Shown piece by piece: positions 7,402 to 15,800 of a DNA stretch of 32,000 bases (position 1 is the first letter of the stretch; every line of letters starts with the position of its first letter). Made by a program: the position numbers and the translations under genes. Under the pieces are notes generated by a model. It did no database searches. It had not been told where the DNA came from and was given only the letters and a program-made list of their open reading frames with translations. Source of the DNA: an uncultured Defluviitaleaceae bacterium (lineage in GTDB: Bacteria; Bacillota; Clostridia; Lachnospirales; CAYPQA01); contig CAZSXS010000013.1 of NCBI GenBank assembly GCA_964611385.1, positions 22,422 through 54,421 of the forward strand, written 5' to 3'.

Positions 7402-8483
7402 TCTCCAAAGGCTGATATGATTCCCTTAAAGCAGGCATCCACCTTTGTAAAGTCCATGGTTCTGGAATAAATTTTCTCCAGGACATGATGCTGCTCCTTT
7501 GTTTTTTCCAGCTCCTTGGCGGCATAACAGAGAATTTGATTGAACAAAAGATTATTCTGTGCCAGAAGTTCGTTGTAAGCATCCGCTTCCTTTCGATGAA
7601 GCAAGGAATTTAAGGCAATTGTCTTTTCCGAAACCAGCTGTGCCCGCTTACTCTGCAAGCCTTCATCTCCTGAGATCAAGCTCCTGGACGTAACAGCAAG
7701 GCCTGTATCCTTCACCACAAAGTGCTTCACTTTCTCTGGCTCCATGGTGCTGTAATAACATTCCAGACTATACCCACGCTTTAGTCCATAGGAAACCAAG
7801 GCTCCCAAGAGCTCGGAAGATAAACAGTGGTTTTCCCTATCCATATCGTATAGTATTTTCCCATCCAAAATACTGTCGGAGTAATCCACAAAACCATTTG
7901 CTGTAAAAGCTTCCGCAAATAGCTTTCGCACCGTCCCTTTTCCTTTTTCCTCTGGGAAAAGATTCTTAGCTAGGCTCTCTGACAACTGATACAGTTTTGT
8001 TTTGTCTATGAGCCGGTCATAAAGGGTATTGCTCAGCTCCAAAATACAGCCAGCACTTTTCATATACCCGTAAGCCGACTGATACAAGCGACTTTTTTTC
8101 TCTAAAAGCTTAGCGATTTCGTTTTTGTGCTCTTTCAGCTTCCCATTATCCAGATAGTCTCCCAGGTTTACAAGTACTTCCAAAGCGCCGGGCAAGACCG
8201 GATCCGTCATATGAGGCGCAGTTCCATCCATCATCACAAGACCCAAGGAGGGTATGGTAACACCGTCCAAGCTTTCCTCATCACTGGCGCAACAGATCCG
8301 CTCCACAGTACAGCCTTTTTCCTGAAAGTGTTTGGCAAAGCGATTCATCAGAGTGCTTTTCCCTACGCCCGAGCCTCCTTTTAAAATAAAAACCCGCTCC
8401 GTATCTTCGGAATTAAAAATATAGTTAAAGTAGCTGAAGAAGCCGTTGGGCGTGTTGGCCCCGGCAAAGAATTGTTTATCCAT
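7398..8483 (-). CDS. P-loop NTPase of unknown function (from memory it resembles the PRK06851-type hypothetical ATPases of Bacillus and Clostridia)
   Basis: Walker A LKGGSGVGKST and a likely Walker B LVMMDGTAPH. SD AGGGGG precedes ATG 8483. The family assignment is from recollection, not a search. Confidence 0.75.
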   Translation of the reverse strand: MDKQFFAGANTPNGFFSYFNYIFNSEDTERVFILKGGSGVGKSTLMNRFAKHFQEKGCTVERICCASDEESLDGVTIPSLGLVMMDGTAPHMTDPVLPGALEVLVNLGDYLDNGKLKEHKNEIAKLLEKKSRLYQSAYGYMKSAGCILELSNTLYDRLIDKTKLYQLSESLAKNLFPEEKGKGTVRKLFAEAFTANGFVDYSDSILDGKILYDMDRENHCLSSELLGALVSYGLKRGYSLECYYSTMEPEKVKHFVVKDTGLAVTSRSLISGDEGLQSKRAQLVSEKTIALNSLLHRKEADAYNELLAQNNLLFNQILCYAAKELEKTKEQHHVLEKIYSRTMDFTKVDACFKGIISAFGE

Positions 8484-8514
8484 GAAATCCCCCTGAAGTA
8501 AAGCTAATCATAGT

Positions 8515-8543
8515 ATTATATGGAAAAAAGTTTGACTTGTTCA
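8515..8543 (-). promoter_or_regulatory. Candidate sigma-A promoter of the P-loop NTPase operon (TGAACA-N17-TATAAT)
   Basis: The minus strand has TGAACA (8543-8538), a 17-nt spacer and TATAAT (8520-8515), about 30 nt upstream of the start codon. Confidence 0.5.
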
Positions 8544-8798
8544 GCCATTCATAAAAACCATTAAAACAACTATTGGCTGGGCAAAAGACGTATAAAGATG
8601 AAAAAAGAAGACAAACTAAAAGAAAAGGGATCTATACTCAGTCTCTTAAGCATTTACTAAGCCGCCACCGTTAAACCTGTATAAATTCTATTGTTTTGGT
8701 GGCTTTGCAAAGCTGAACGTGACTGGGTATATATCTGGCTTTTAAAAAGAAATGGAAGGGGGTAACAAGCTAAAAAGACCCCTGAAAGGAGAAACCAA

Positions 8799-9017
8799 AT
8801 GGGTAAACCCAAAAAAATCAAGCCGGTGGAGGATAAGGAATTAACAGAAGCGGAACTGATGAAGTATGAAATTGCAGAAGAGCTAGGGCTAATGGATAAG
8901 GTAAAGAAAACAGGATGGAAAAGCCTTACTGCCAAAGAAAGTGGTAAAATCGGCGGGATGATGAATAAAAGGAAAAAGGCACAGCAGCTTTTGGGTGACG
9001 TAGAAAAAGATAGTTGA
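8799..9017 (+). CDS. Small acid-soluble spore protein, alpha/beta type (divergent, Lys-rich ends)
   Basis: KYEIAEELGL fits the first alpha/beta-SASP signature as I recall it (K-x-E-[LIV]-A-x-[DE]-[LIVMF]-G-[LIVMF]). KESGKIGGMMNKRKK partially fits the second (..G-x-V-G-G-x-[LIVM]-x-[KR]-[KR]). Strong SD AAAGGAG. Confidence 0.65.
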   Translation: MGKPKKIKPVEDKELTEAELMKYEIAEELGLMDKVKKTGWKSLTAKESGKIGGMMNKRKKAQQLLGDVEKDS

Positions 9018-9041
9018 TTTTTTCAGCCTTTTGTATATAAT
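9014..9041 (+). promoter_or_regulatory. Candidate sigma-A promoter for pdxK (TTGATT-N16-TATAAT with upstream TG)
   Basis: TTGATT at 9014-9019 and TATAAT at 9036-9041. The -35 overlaps the SASP stop codon. Confidence 0.5.
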
Positions 9042-9079
9042 GATACTGCTAAAAAAATGACAAAAGGAGATATGAAAAA

Positions 9080-9967
9080 ATGAAAAAACTACCTCGTGTA
9101 TGTGCCATTCATGATATGTCCGGCTTTGGAAAGTGCTCCTTGACCATTGCCATCCCTTTGATTTCATCGGCAGGTATAGAAGTTTGCCCCATGCCCACCT
9201 CTTTGCTCTCCACCAATACCTTATTTAAAAACTTTACCTTCTTTGATTTTACAAAAGAGCTTCCTGCCTACATCAGCCATTGGAAAAGTATCGGCCTTAC
9301 CCATGACTGTGCTTATTCCGGTTTTCTGGGTTCTACGGAGCAAATCAACCTGGTCAAGGAATTTATGGAAGCAGCTGTAACTTTGGAGGGCAAGCCTGCC
9401 TTAAAGATCGTAGATCCTGTCATGGGCGACAACGGGAAGATCATTCCTATCTACGATGAACTGATGTTTAAAAACATGGGGCAGCTTGTATCCGTGGCTG
9501 ACATTACGACTCCCAATGTAACTGAGGCCTGCATACTCACAGGGCGCACTTTTGAGAGCAACAGCCTTTCCAAAGAGGATTGTAAGACCATCTGCGAAGA
9601 ACTCCACAAGCTTGGTGCAAAGCACGTAGTATTGACGGGCGTGACTCGTGAGGACAGGTTATATAACTGTGTGCTGGAAAGCTCAGGTGCAGGCGTCGAA
9701 AGCAGTGACGCAAGTGCTACCGCCTATGACTATTATGAGTACAGCGTCAGTCTCCTCCCCTTCCATATGCACGGCACTGGGGACTTATTTACCAGCACCT
9801 TAACTGCCGGACTGGTTACAGGACACAGCTTGAGTGAATCTGTCAAGAGTGCCTCAGAATTTGTTCGTGAGGTAATGATCGTATCCAAGGATGTAGAAGG
9901 AACAGACCAACGAGGCGTGGCCTTTGAACTCTTACTTCACACCTTGCGAAAGGGAATTTATGAATGA
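9080..9967 (+). CDS. pdxK: Pyridoxal/pyridoxine/pyridoxamine kinase (ribokinase superfamily, PdxK/PdxY type)
   Basis: N-terminus IHDMSGFGKCSLTIAIPLISSAGIEVCPMPTSLLSTNT and C-terminal GTGDLFTS anion-hole motif, both typical of pyridoxamine kinases. Confidence 0.8.
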   Translation: MKKLPRVCAIHDMSGFGKCSLTIAIPLISSAGIEVCPMPTSLLSTNTLFKNFTFFDFTKELPAYISHWKSIGLTHDCAYSGFLGSTEQINLVKEFMEAAVTLEGKPALKIVDPVMGDNGKIIPIYDELMFKNMGQLVSVADITTPNVTEACILTGRTFESNSLSKEDCKTICEELHKLGAKHVVLTGVTREDRLYNCVLESSGAGVESSDASATAYDYYEYSVSLLPFHMHGTGDLFTSTLTAGLVTGHSLSESVKSASEFVREVMIVSKDVEGTDQRGVAFELLLHTLRKGIYE

Positions 9968-10628
9968 GTTTCTATTCTTTTTAAGCATTATCGTTTACTT
10001 TTCCCTTCTGCTGATTGCCTACAAGTTATTTGGAAAGACCGGACTCTTTTTATGGACAAGCATTGGCATGATCCTATCCAACATCGAAGTGCTTAAAATG
10101 ATCACTCTATTTAATTTGCCCTTGACTTTGGGAAACGTTCTATACGGCACCACTTTTTTGGCAACGGACATACTTAGCGAAAGACACGGCAAGCAAGAAG
10201 CTAACGTGGCAGTAAAGATTGGGTTTTTCACCATTCTCGCCTTTACTATCGTATCTCAGTTTATGCTTCGGTTCAACCCCTCCCCAGATGATTTTGCCTC
10301 CGAAAGCCTACAGGTCATATTCGGGCTCACCCCCCGTATTGCGCTTTCTGGCATCATCACCTATGTACTCACTCAAAAGTTTGACATTTGGCTCTACCAC
10401 AAAATTTGGGCAAAGACCGGCGACCGCATGCTATGGCTTCGGAATAACGGATCCACCTGCATATCGCAGCTGTTGGACACCACGATTTTCACCCTCATTG
10501 CCTTCTGGGGATTATATGACGTACAAACCGTACTAACACTCATCGGCACGACTTATCTAATCAAATTCGTAATTTCAATATTAGACACGCCTTTCATCTA
10601 CATAGCTAGGAGACTCAAAGTCTCCTAG
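9960..10628 (+). CDS. YhhQ/DUF165 (Vut_1) family transporter (queuosine-precursor/vitamin uptake transporter family)
   Basis: FLATDILSE, RIALSGIITYVLTQKFDIWLYHKI and STCISQLLDTTIFTLIAFWG match my recollection of E. coli YhhQ blocks. I use in-frame ATG 9960 (MNEFLFF...), which overlaps the pdxK stop by 8 nt, rather than track start 9924. Confidence 0.75.
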   Translation: MNEFLFFLSIIVYFSLLLIAYKLFGKTGLFLWTSIGMILSNIEVLKMITLFNLPLTLGNVLYGTTFLATDILSERHGKQEANVAVKIGFFTILAFTIVSQFMLRFNPSPDDFASESLQVIFGLTPRIALSGIITYVLTQKFDIWLYHKIWAKTGDRMLWLRNNGSTCISQLLDTTIFTLIAFWGLYDVQTVLTLIGTTYLIKFVISILDTPFIYIARRLKVS

Positions 10629-10637
10629 CTTTTTTTA
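10605..10637 (+). terminator. Intrinsic terminator after the YhhQ-family gene
   Basis: GCTAGGAGAC-TCAAA-GTCTCCTAGC (10-bp perfect stem) followed by T8. The stem includes the stop codon. Confidence 0.75.
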
Positions 10638-10719
10638 ACTCTTAATAATTCTTCATTTTTTATAGAGTATCATTTTATATTTTTAATGTAAGATAGATTT
10701 ATCGCAAGGAGGGATCACT

Positions 10720-12807
10720 ATGCAAGCTGTCGCTGAAAAAGTAATTAAACATAAACGATTGGTGCTCATTTGCTTTTTGCTAACGCTGGTCGTGTGTTTT
10801 GTTTTAAACAAGTTGGTTGTTGTCAATTATAACTTGTTGGATTATTTGCCTAAGGAGGCAAAATCTACGCTATCTATGCAGGTCATGAACCAAGAGTTTT
10901 CCAAGGTTCCGCCCAATGCCCGAGTGCTGATCACAAATACTGGTATCCCAGAGGCTCTTGAGTTTAAAGAAAAACTAAGGTCTGTGGAAGGCGTGAAGGA
11001 AATAAATTGGCTGGATGATGTGGCCAATCTGTATCAGCCCTTGGAAACCATGGAAGGCAAGGTACTTGATAGTTGGTATAAGGCAGATAATGCTCTCTTT
11101 ACCCTGGTCATTGAGGATGGAAAATCCATGCAGGCCGTAAAGGAGATTCGGGCGATCATAGATGGACGGGGCGAAATCACTGGTGAGATTGTTGATACTG
11201 TGGCCGCCAAAGAGGTCGCCGAATCAGCCAAAAGCTCTATGATTTTAATTTTGGGCTGTATACTGGTCATCCTGGTGCTGACCTCTACCTCTTGGTTTGA
11301 ACCTGTTTTGTTCTTGGCTACCATTGGCATTGCCATTGCCATCAATAACGGTACTAACTTTTTTTTAGGGAGTATCTCTAATATCACACAGACCACTTCC
11401 TCTATCTTGCAGTTGGCGGTTTCTATGGACTATGCCATTTTCTTGCTGCACCGTTTTCGAGACTACCGTGAAGAGGGGCTTGAGGTGCAGTCGGCCATGT
11501 CACTTGCAATGAAAAACTCTTTTCCGACTATCCTCGCCAGCGGTGTAACCACCATGATTGGCTTTGCAGCTTTAGTAATCATGCGCTTTGGCTTGGGCCC
11601 CGATATGGGCATCGTGCTTACCAAGGCCGTGATATTTAGTTTACTCAGTGTAATGCTGCTTCTGCCGGTTTTGACCCTTTATACTTATAAGCTGATCGAC
11701 AAGACCCAGCATAGACTGATCATTCCCCCCTTTGAAAAATTTGGACGCTTTGCCTTAAAGGCTGGTATACCCATTTTAGTCCTAGTGGCTATTCTTGTTG
11801 TTCCTTCCTTTCTGGCACAACAAAACAATCACTTTCTTTACGGCGCCTCTGGAGTGAATGCGCACAATGGCATACCTTTAACTGAACAGCTTTTCGGTAA
11901 AGCCAACAATATGGTTATGCTCGTTCCTACTGGGAATGTGGCTGCTGAAAGAGAGCTGAGCAAGCACTTAAATATCCTGCCTTTTGTCAATAGCGTGATT
12001 TCATATACTGAAAACATTGGAGATAAGATCCCTGCTGAATTTGTGCCGGAGGATAAACGGTCCAACTTGATGTCTCCCAACTACAGCCGAATCATTATCA
12101 CAGTGTCCACGGAGCAGGAAGGTGACGCTGCTTTCGCTGCTGTGGAGGAAATTCGTGCTATAGGCCAATCCTTTTACGGAGACGATTATTATTTGGCCGG
12201 AGGTAGCGTGAATGTGTACGACATGAAGGAAACCATCGTGGCTGATAATATTCCTGTTACCATTGTAGGAATTGTTGGTATTGCTATCATGATTTTATTG
12301 ACTTTCCGTTCCTTATCTATTCCTATCATTTTGGTTTCTACCATTGAATCCGCAATCTGGATTAACTTGGCTTATTCTTATTTTGCCAATGAAAGTGTTG
12401 TATACATTGCTTATATCGTTTTAAGTTCCATTCAATTGGGCGCAACTGTAGACTATGCTATTTTGTTTTCCAGCCGCTATGTAGAAAACAGGCAGCTGTA
12501 CGATAAAAAAACAGCTGTAGTAAAAACCATTTCCGAAACAGCCTTATCTATTTTAACCTCAGCTTCCATATTAGTACTCGCGGGTTTTGTCCTAAGCTTT
12601 ACTTCAGCTAGCTCGGTAACTGCTCAGCTGGGCATGATGATCGGACGGGGGACTTTACTTTCCTGTTCCTTAGTACTTTTCCTGCTTCCAACCCTGCTGA
12701 TGCTGCTTGACAGGCTTGTGGCAGCCACAACTTTAAAATCAAATTTCAAAGGAGGTAAAAATCATGAAAAAACTAACATCACTGCTTCTAGCGGCCGTAG
12801 TTTTTAG
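10720..12807 (+). CDS. MMPL/RND-superfamily (SSD-type) membrane transporter
   Basis: 695 aa with a repeated layout of TM1, an ectodomain of about 140 aa and a 5-TM bundle, twice. This is typical of MMPL-family proteins such as B. subtilis YdfJ/YdgH. SD AAGGAGGG. Confidence 0.8.
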   Translation: MQAVAEKVIKHKRLVLICFLLTLVVCFVLNKLVVVNYNLLDYLPKEAKSTLSMQVMNQEFSKVPPNARVLITNTGIPEALEFKEKLRSVEGVKEINWLDDVANLYQPLETMEGKVLDSWYKADNALFTLVIEDGKSMQAVKEIRAIIDGRGEITGEIVDTVAAKEVAESAKSSMILILGCILVILVLTSTSWFEPVLFLATIGIAIAINNGTNFFLGSISNITQTTSSILQLAVSMDYAIFLLHRFRDYREEGLEVQSAMSLAMKNSFPTILASGVTTMIGFAALVIMRFGLGPDMGIVLTKAVIFSLLSVMLLLPVLTLYTYKLIDKTQHRLIIPPFEKFGRFALKAGIPILVLVAILVVPSFLAQQNNHFLYGASGVNAHNGIPLTEQLFGKANNMVMLVPTGNVAAERELSKHLNILPFVNSVISYTENIGDKIPAEFVPEDKRSNLMSPNYSRIIITVSTEQEGDAAFAAVEEIRAIGQSFYGDDYYLAGGSVNVYDMKETIVADNIPVTIVGIVGIAIMILLTFRSLSIPIILVSTIESAIWINLAYSYFANESVVYIAYIVLSSIQLGATVDYAILFSSRYVENRQLYDKKTAVVKTISETALSILTSASILVLAGFVLSFTSASSVTAQLGMMIGRGTLLSCSLVLFLLPTLLMLLDRLVAATTLKSNFKGGKNHEKTNITASSGRSF

Positions 12808-15800
12808 TACTTGTCTGACCCCTGTTTCTGCCGCAGAAACAAATCAAAAAGAAGAAACAGTCTATGTGCTTTTGAATCAAGAAGGAAAAGCAGATAAAAT
12901 TTATGTAGTGAACTATTTTGAGGATTATAAAGGCCAGGCGTTTACGGACTATGGCAATTATAGCAAGGTCAGAAATCTTTCTACTACAGCCCCGCTCCAA
13001 AACGGCAATGGATCGGTACAAGGAAGCATTCAGGGAGGAAAATTTTATTACCAGGGGGAGATGGAACAAACAGAGATTCCCTGGGATATCGAGATCAGCT
13101 ACACCCTGGACGGTCAGGCCATTGAAGCCGAGGACTTGGTAGGTAAATCCGGTCTTTTAAACATCCGTGTAGATATAGACCAGAATAATAAAATGCCGCC
13201 TGCTTTTTATGAGAACTATGCCTTACAGGTAGGCATTAGCTTAGACACAAACCTATGCAGTAATATCCAAGCCAATGGGGGCAGCATGGCCTCCGTAGGT
13301 GACAACAAGAACATAAGCTTTACAAAAATGCCCAATCGAAGCGGAAACTACAATGTTTCCGCCCAGGTAAAGGATTTTGAAATGCAATCCATATCCATCA
13401 ACGGGATTTCACTTGGCATGAATCTTGATTTTGATACATCAGAGCTCGAAAGTCGCTTTGGCGATTTAAAAGATGGAACCAAGAGATTAGATGAAGGTGC
13501 TACAGAGCTTAGAGACGGCATCGGAGAATTAAGGGATGGAGCCGGAAAGCTAAATGACGGCGTTTCTGAATTAAAGGATGGTACAAAGAAGCTTCAAGAC
13601 GGGATTGGCGAACTGCTGACTGGCACTGTAGATTTGAAGGACGGGGCGGTCAAGCTAGATGATGGCGTTACAGAATTAGTAGACGGAGCTCAGGAACTCA
13701 AAAGTGGGGTTTCCGACCTGAAAGATGGGGCGGTTAAGCTGGATGAAGGTACCTTGGAGCTTGTTGACGGGGTAATAGAGCTAAAAAATGGTGCCGTGGA
13801 CTTAAAGGACGGTGTGGGAAAATTAGATGAAGGCGTATTAAAGCTGGCCGACGGAGTGACAGAATTAAAAAACGGTACAACAGGCTTAAAGGATGGAGCT
13901 GAAAAGCTAAACGAAGGGACTTCAGAACTGATCAAAGGAGTAACAGCGCTGTCTGACGGAGCCGGAGGCTTAAAGGACGGCGTAGTAAAGCTACAAGAAG
14001 GGGCAAGTGCCCTGGCCGATGGCTTTGGGGATCTGAACAAGGGTGCAAGCGGCCTTAATGAGGGAGCCACAAAACTGAAAGACGGTAGCAGTGCCTTAAA
14101 GACAGCGGGAACGGAACTATCCAAGGGAGCCGAAGAAATGGTGAACGGCATCAATAAGCTAGAAGAGGGCGGCCGGAAGCTGACGGAAGGCACTAGCAGC
14201 CTTCAAGGTGGAGCCCTTAAAGCCTCAGAGGGTGCAGGAAAGCTCAGCAGCTCTAGTCTAGAGTTATTGAATGGTTCTAGCACCTTCCGAACGGGTATGA
14301 GCCAACTTTCGGGAAAAGGAACAAATCTGGTGAACGGCTCTAGGGAATTTGCTGCAGCTTTAGAAAAGCTAAAGCTAGGGATGGGCAATGCCGGTACCAC
14401 CAGTATGGAGTCCTTAGTAAGCGGCTCTGAGGCTATGAATCAAGGCCTTGCCCAAGCCTCTAACGGACTGACTGCCGCAAGCGGAGGCGTGCAGGCTATG
14501 TTAGCAGAGCTTTCCGCAATGAATAATCCGGCAGTGATGGCAGTCATCAGCAAGTATACCCCCGCAGTGATGGGGCTGCAAGCCTCTGCCAGTGGAATCA
14601 CAGAACTGAGCAGCAACTACAATAACCTAAACGAAGGTATAAAAAGCCTAAATAGCGCTATGTCTGGTCTGGGAGAATTACCCACAGCTGCAAACGGTCT
14701 TACCCAGGCTTATACAAAGCTAAGTACAGGAATTGTAGAGTACACCGGGGCCTTTGCTAAATTAGAAGGTGCCTATGGAGATGTACACAGCGGAATCAGC
14801 CAGCTGTCCAACGGTGCATCCGAGTTGCAAAGAGGGGTAAGTGACCTATACACAGGTGCAAGCGGACTGAATAATGGCAGCCGAGAGCTATACACTGGAA
14901 TTACAGGCTTACAGGCCGGAGCTTCTAAGCTTCGAGATGGAAGCATCCAGCTCAGTAACGGTGCCTCCTCCCTCGAAAGCAGAACCAATGAGTTGAAAAC
15001 CGGCGTGAGCAAACTCTTTGATGGCACCACTGCCTTGAATGACGGAGCCATAGAACTGGCCAAGGGAGCTGGTGAGCTAAAGGAAGGTACAGAAAAGCTT
15101 TATGATGGAAGCCTAAGCCTCCGTGATGGAACAACAGAACTAAGCAATGGGACTGGCGATTTGAAGGACGGAGCTCTTAAACTTTATGACGGAAGCACGG
15201 AACTCTATAACGGAGCAACAGAGTTGAAGGAAGGAGTAAGTAATCTAAAGGAAGGTAGTATCAAGCTGAGTGACGGAACTATTAGCTTGTATGACGGGAC
15301 TCAGGAGCTATACAAGGGAGTAGGAGAACTGAAAGATGGAGTCGTAAAGCTTTACGACGGCACCGTAAGCCTTACAGATGGCGTAAGCGAGCTGTCCCAA
15401 GGCACCCATGGTCTGAAAGATGGCACCATAAAGCTTTATGATGGTGTTATAGAACTCAAGCAAGGAAGCGGTGACTTGACAGCAGGGGTCGAAGATCTGT
15501 ATGAAGGCAGTAATAATCTTCTAGATGGAACTACTAAACTTTACGACGGAACCACAGAGTTGACTGACGGAACCTTCAAGCTAAGGGACAAAACAGGTAA
15601 CATTGATACTGATATCTCCGATGAAATCAACAAGAAGATCAGTGAATTTTCCTCCAGTGACTTCCAGCCTGTATCCTTCACCTCTGAGAAAAACACCAAT
15701 GTTAGCGCTGTGCAGTTTGTAATGAAGACAGATGGAATCAAAATAAGCACAGCTACCATTAAGACAGAGGAGGAAGCCACCCTTAGCCTATGGAAAAAGC

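Noticed and set aside
7247-7582. 111-aa minus-strand ORF spanning the junction of the NTPase and membrane-protein genes
   Set aside because: It is an alternative frame overlapping two better-supported CDSs, with no SD or motif.
8560-8798. Search for a forespore (sigma-G or sigma-F) promoter upstream of the SASP gene, e.g. GCAAA-N13-GGGTATATAT around 8722-8750 and GTATA around 8679
   Set aside because: I found only partial matches with wrong spacing or mismatches at conserved positions, so I cannot support a call by eye.
8657-9167. Minus-strand ORFs 8657-8935 and 8889-9167 (92 aa each)
   Set aside because: They overlap the SASP gene and the pdxK promoter and start on the opposite strand. They have no SD, and their hydrophobic, low-complexity translations are typical of antisense frames.
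10219-10536. 105-aa plus-strand ORF inside the YhhQ-family gene, in a different frame
   Set aside because: It is Pro/Ser-rich off-frame translation of a membrane-protein gene, and the YhhQ frame carries the family motifs.
13690-14193. 167-aa minus-strand ORF rich in Pro/Ser, together with similar ORFs at 14203-14400, 14773-15063, 14952-15134 and 15541-15780, lying antisense to the heptad-repeat gene
   Set aside because: These are by-products of the 21-nt coding periodicity on the opposite strand. Their composition is low-complexity, they have no SD, and they are fully embedded in a well-supported plus-strand CDS.
13460-15590. Possible CRISPR array or non-coding tandem repeat suggested by the regular 21-nt periodicity
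   Set aside because: The periodicity lies entirely within one long ORF. The units diverge at the DNA level but are conserved as an amino-acid heptad. There is no repeat-spacer structure and no cas genes.
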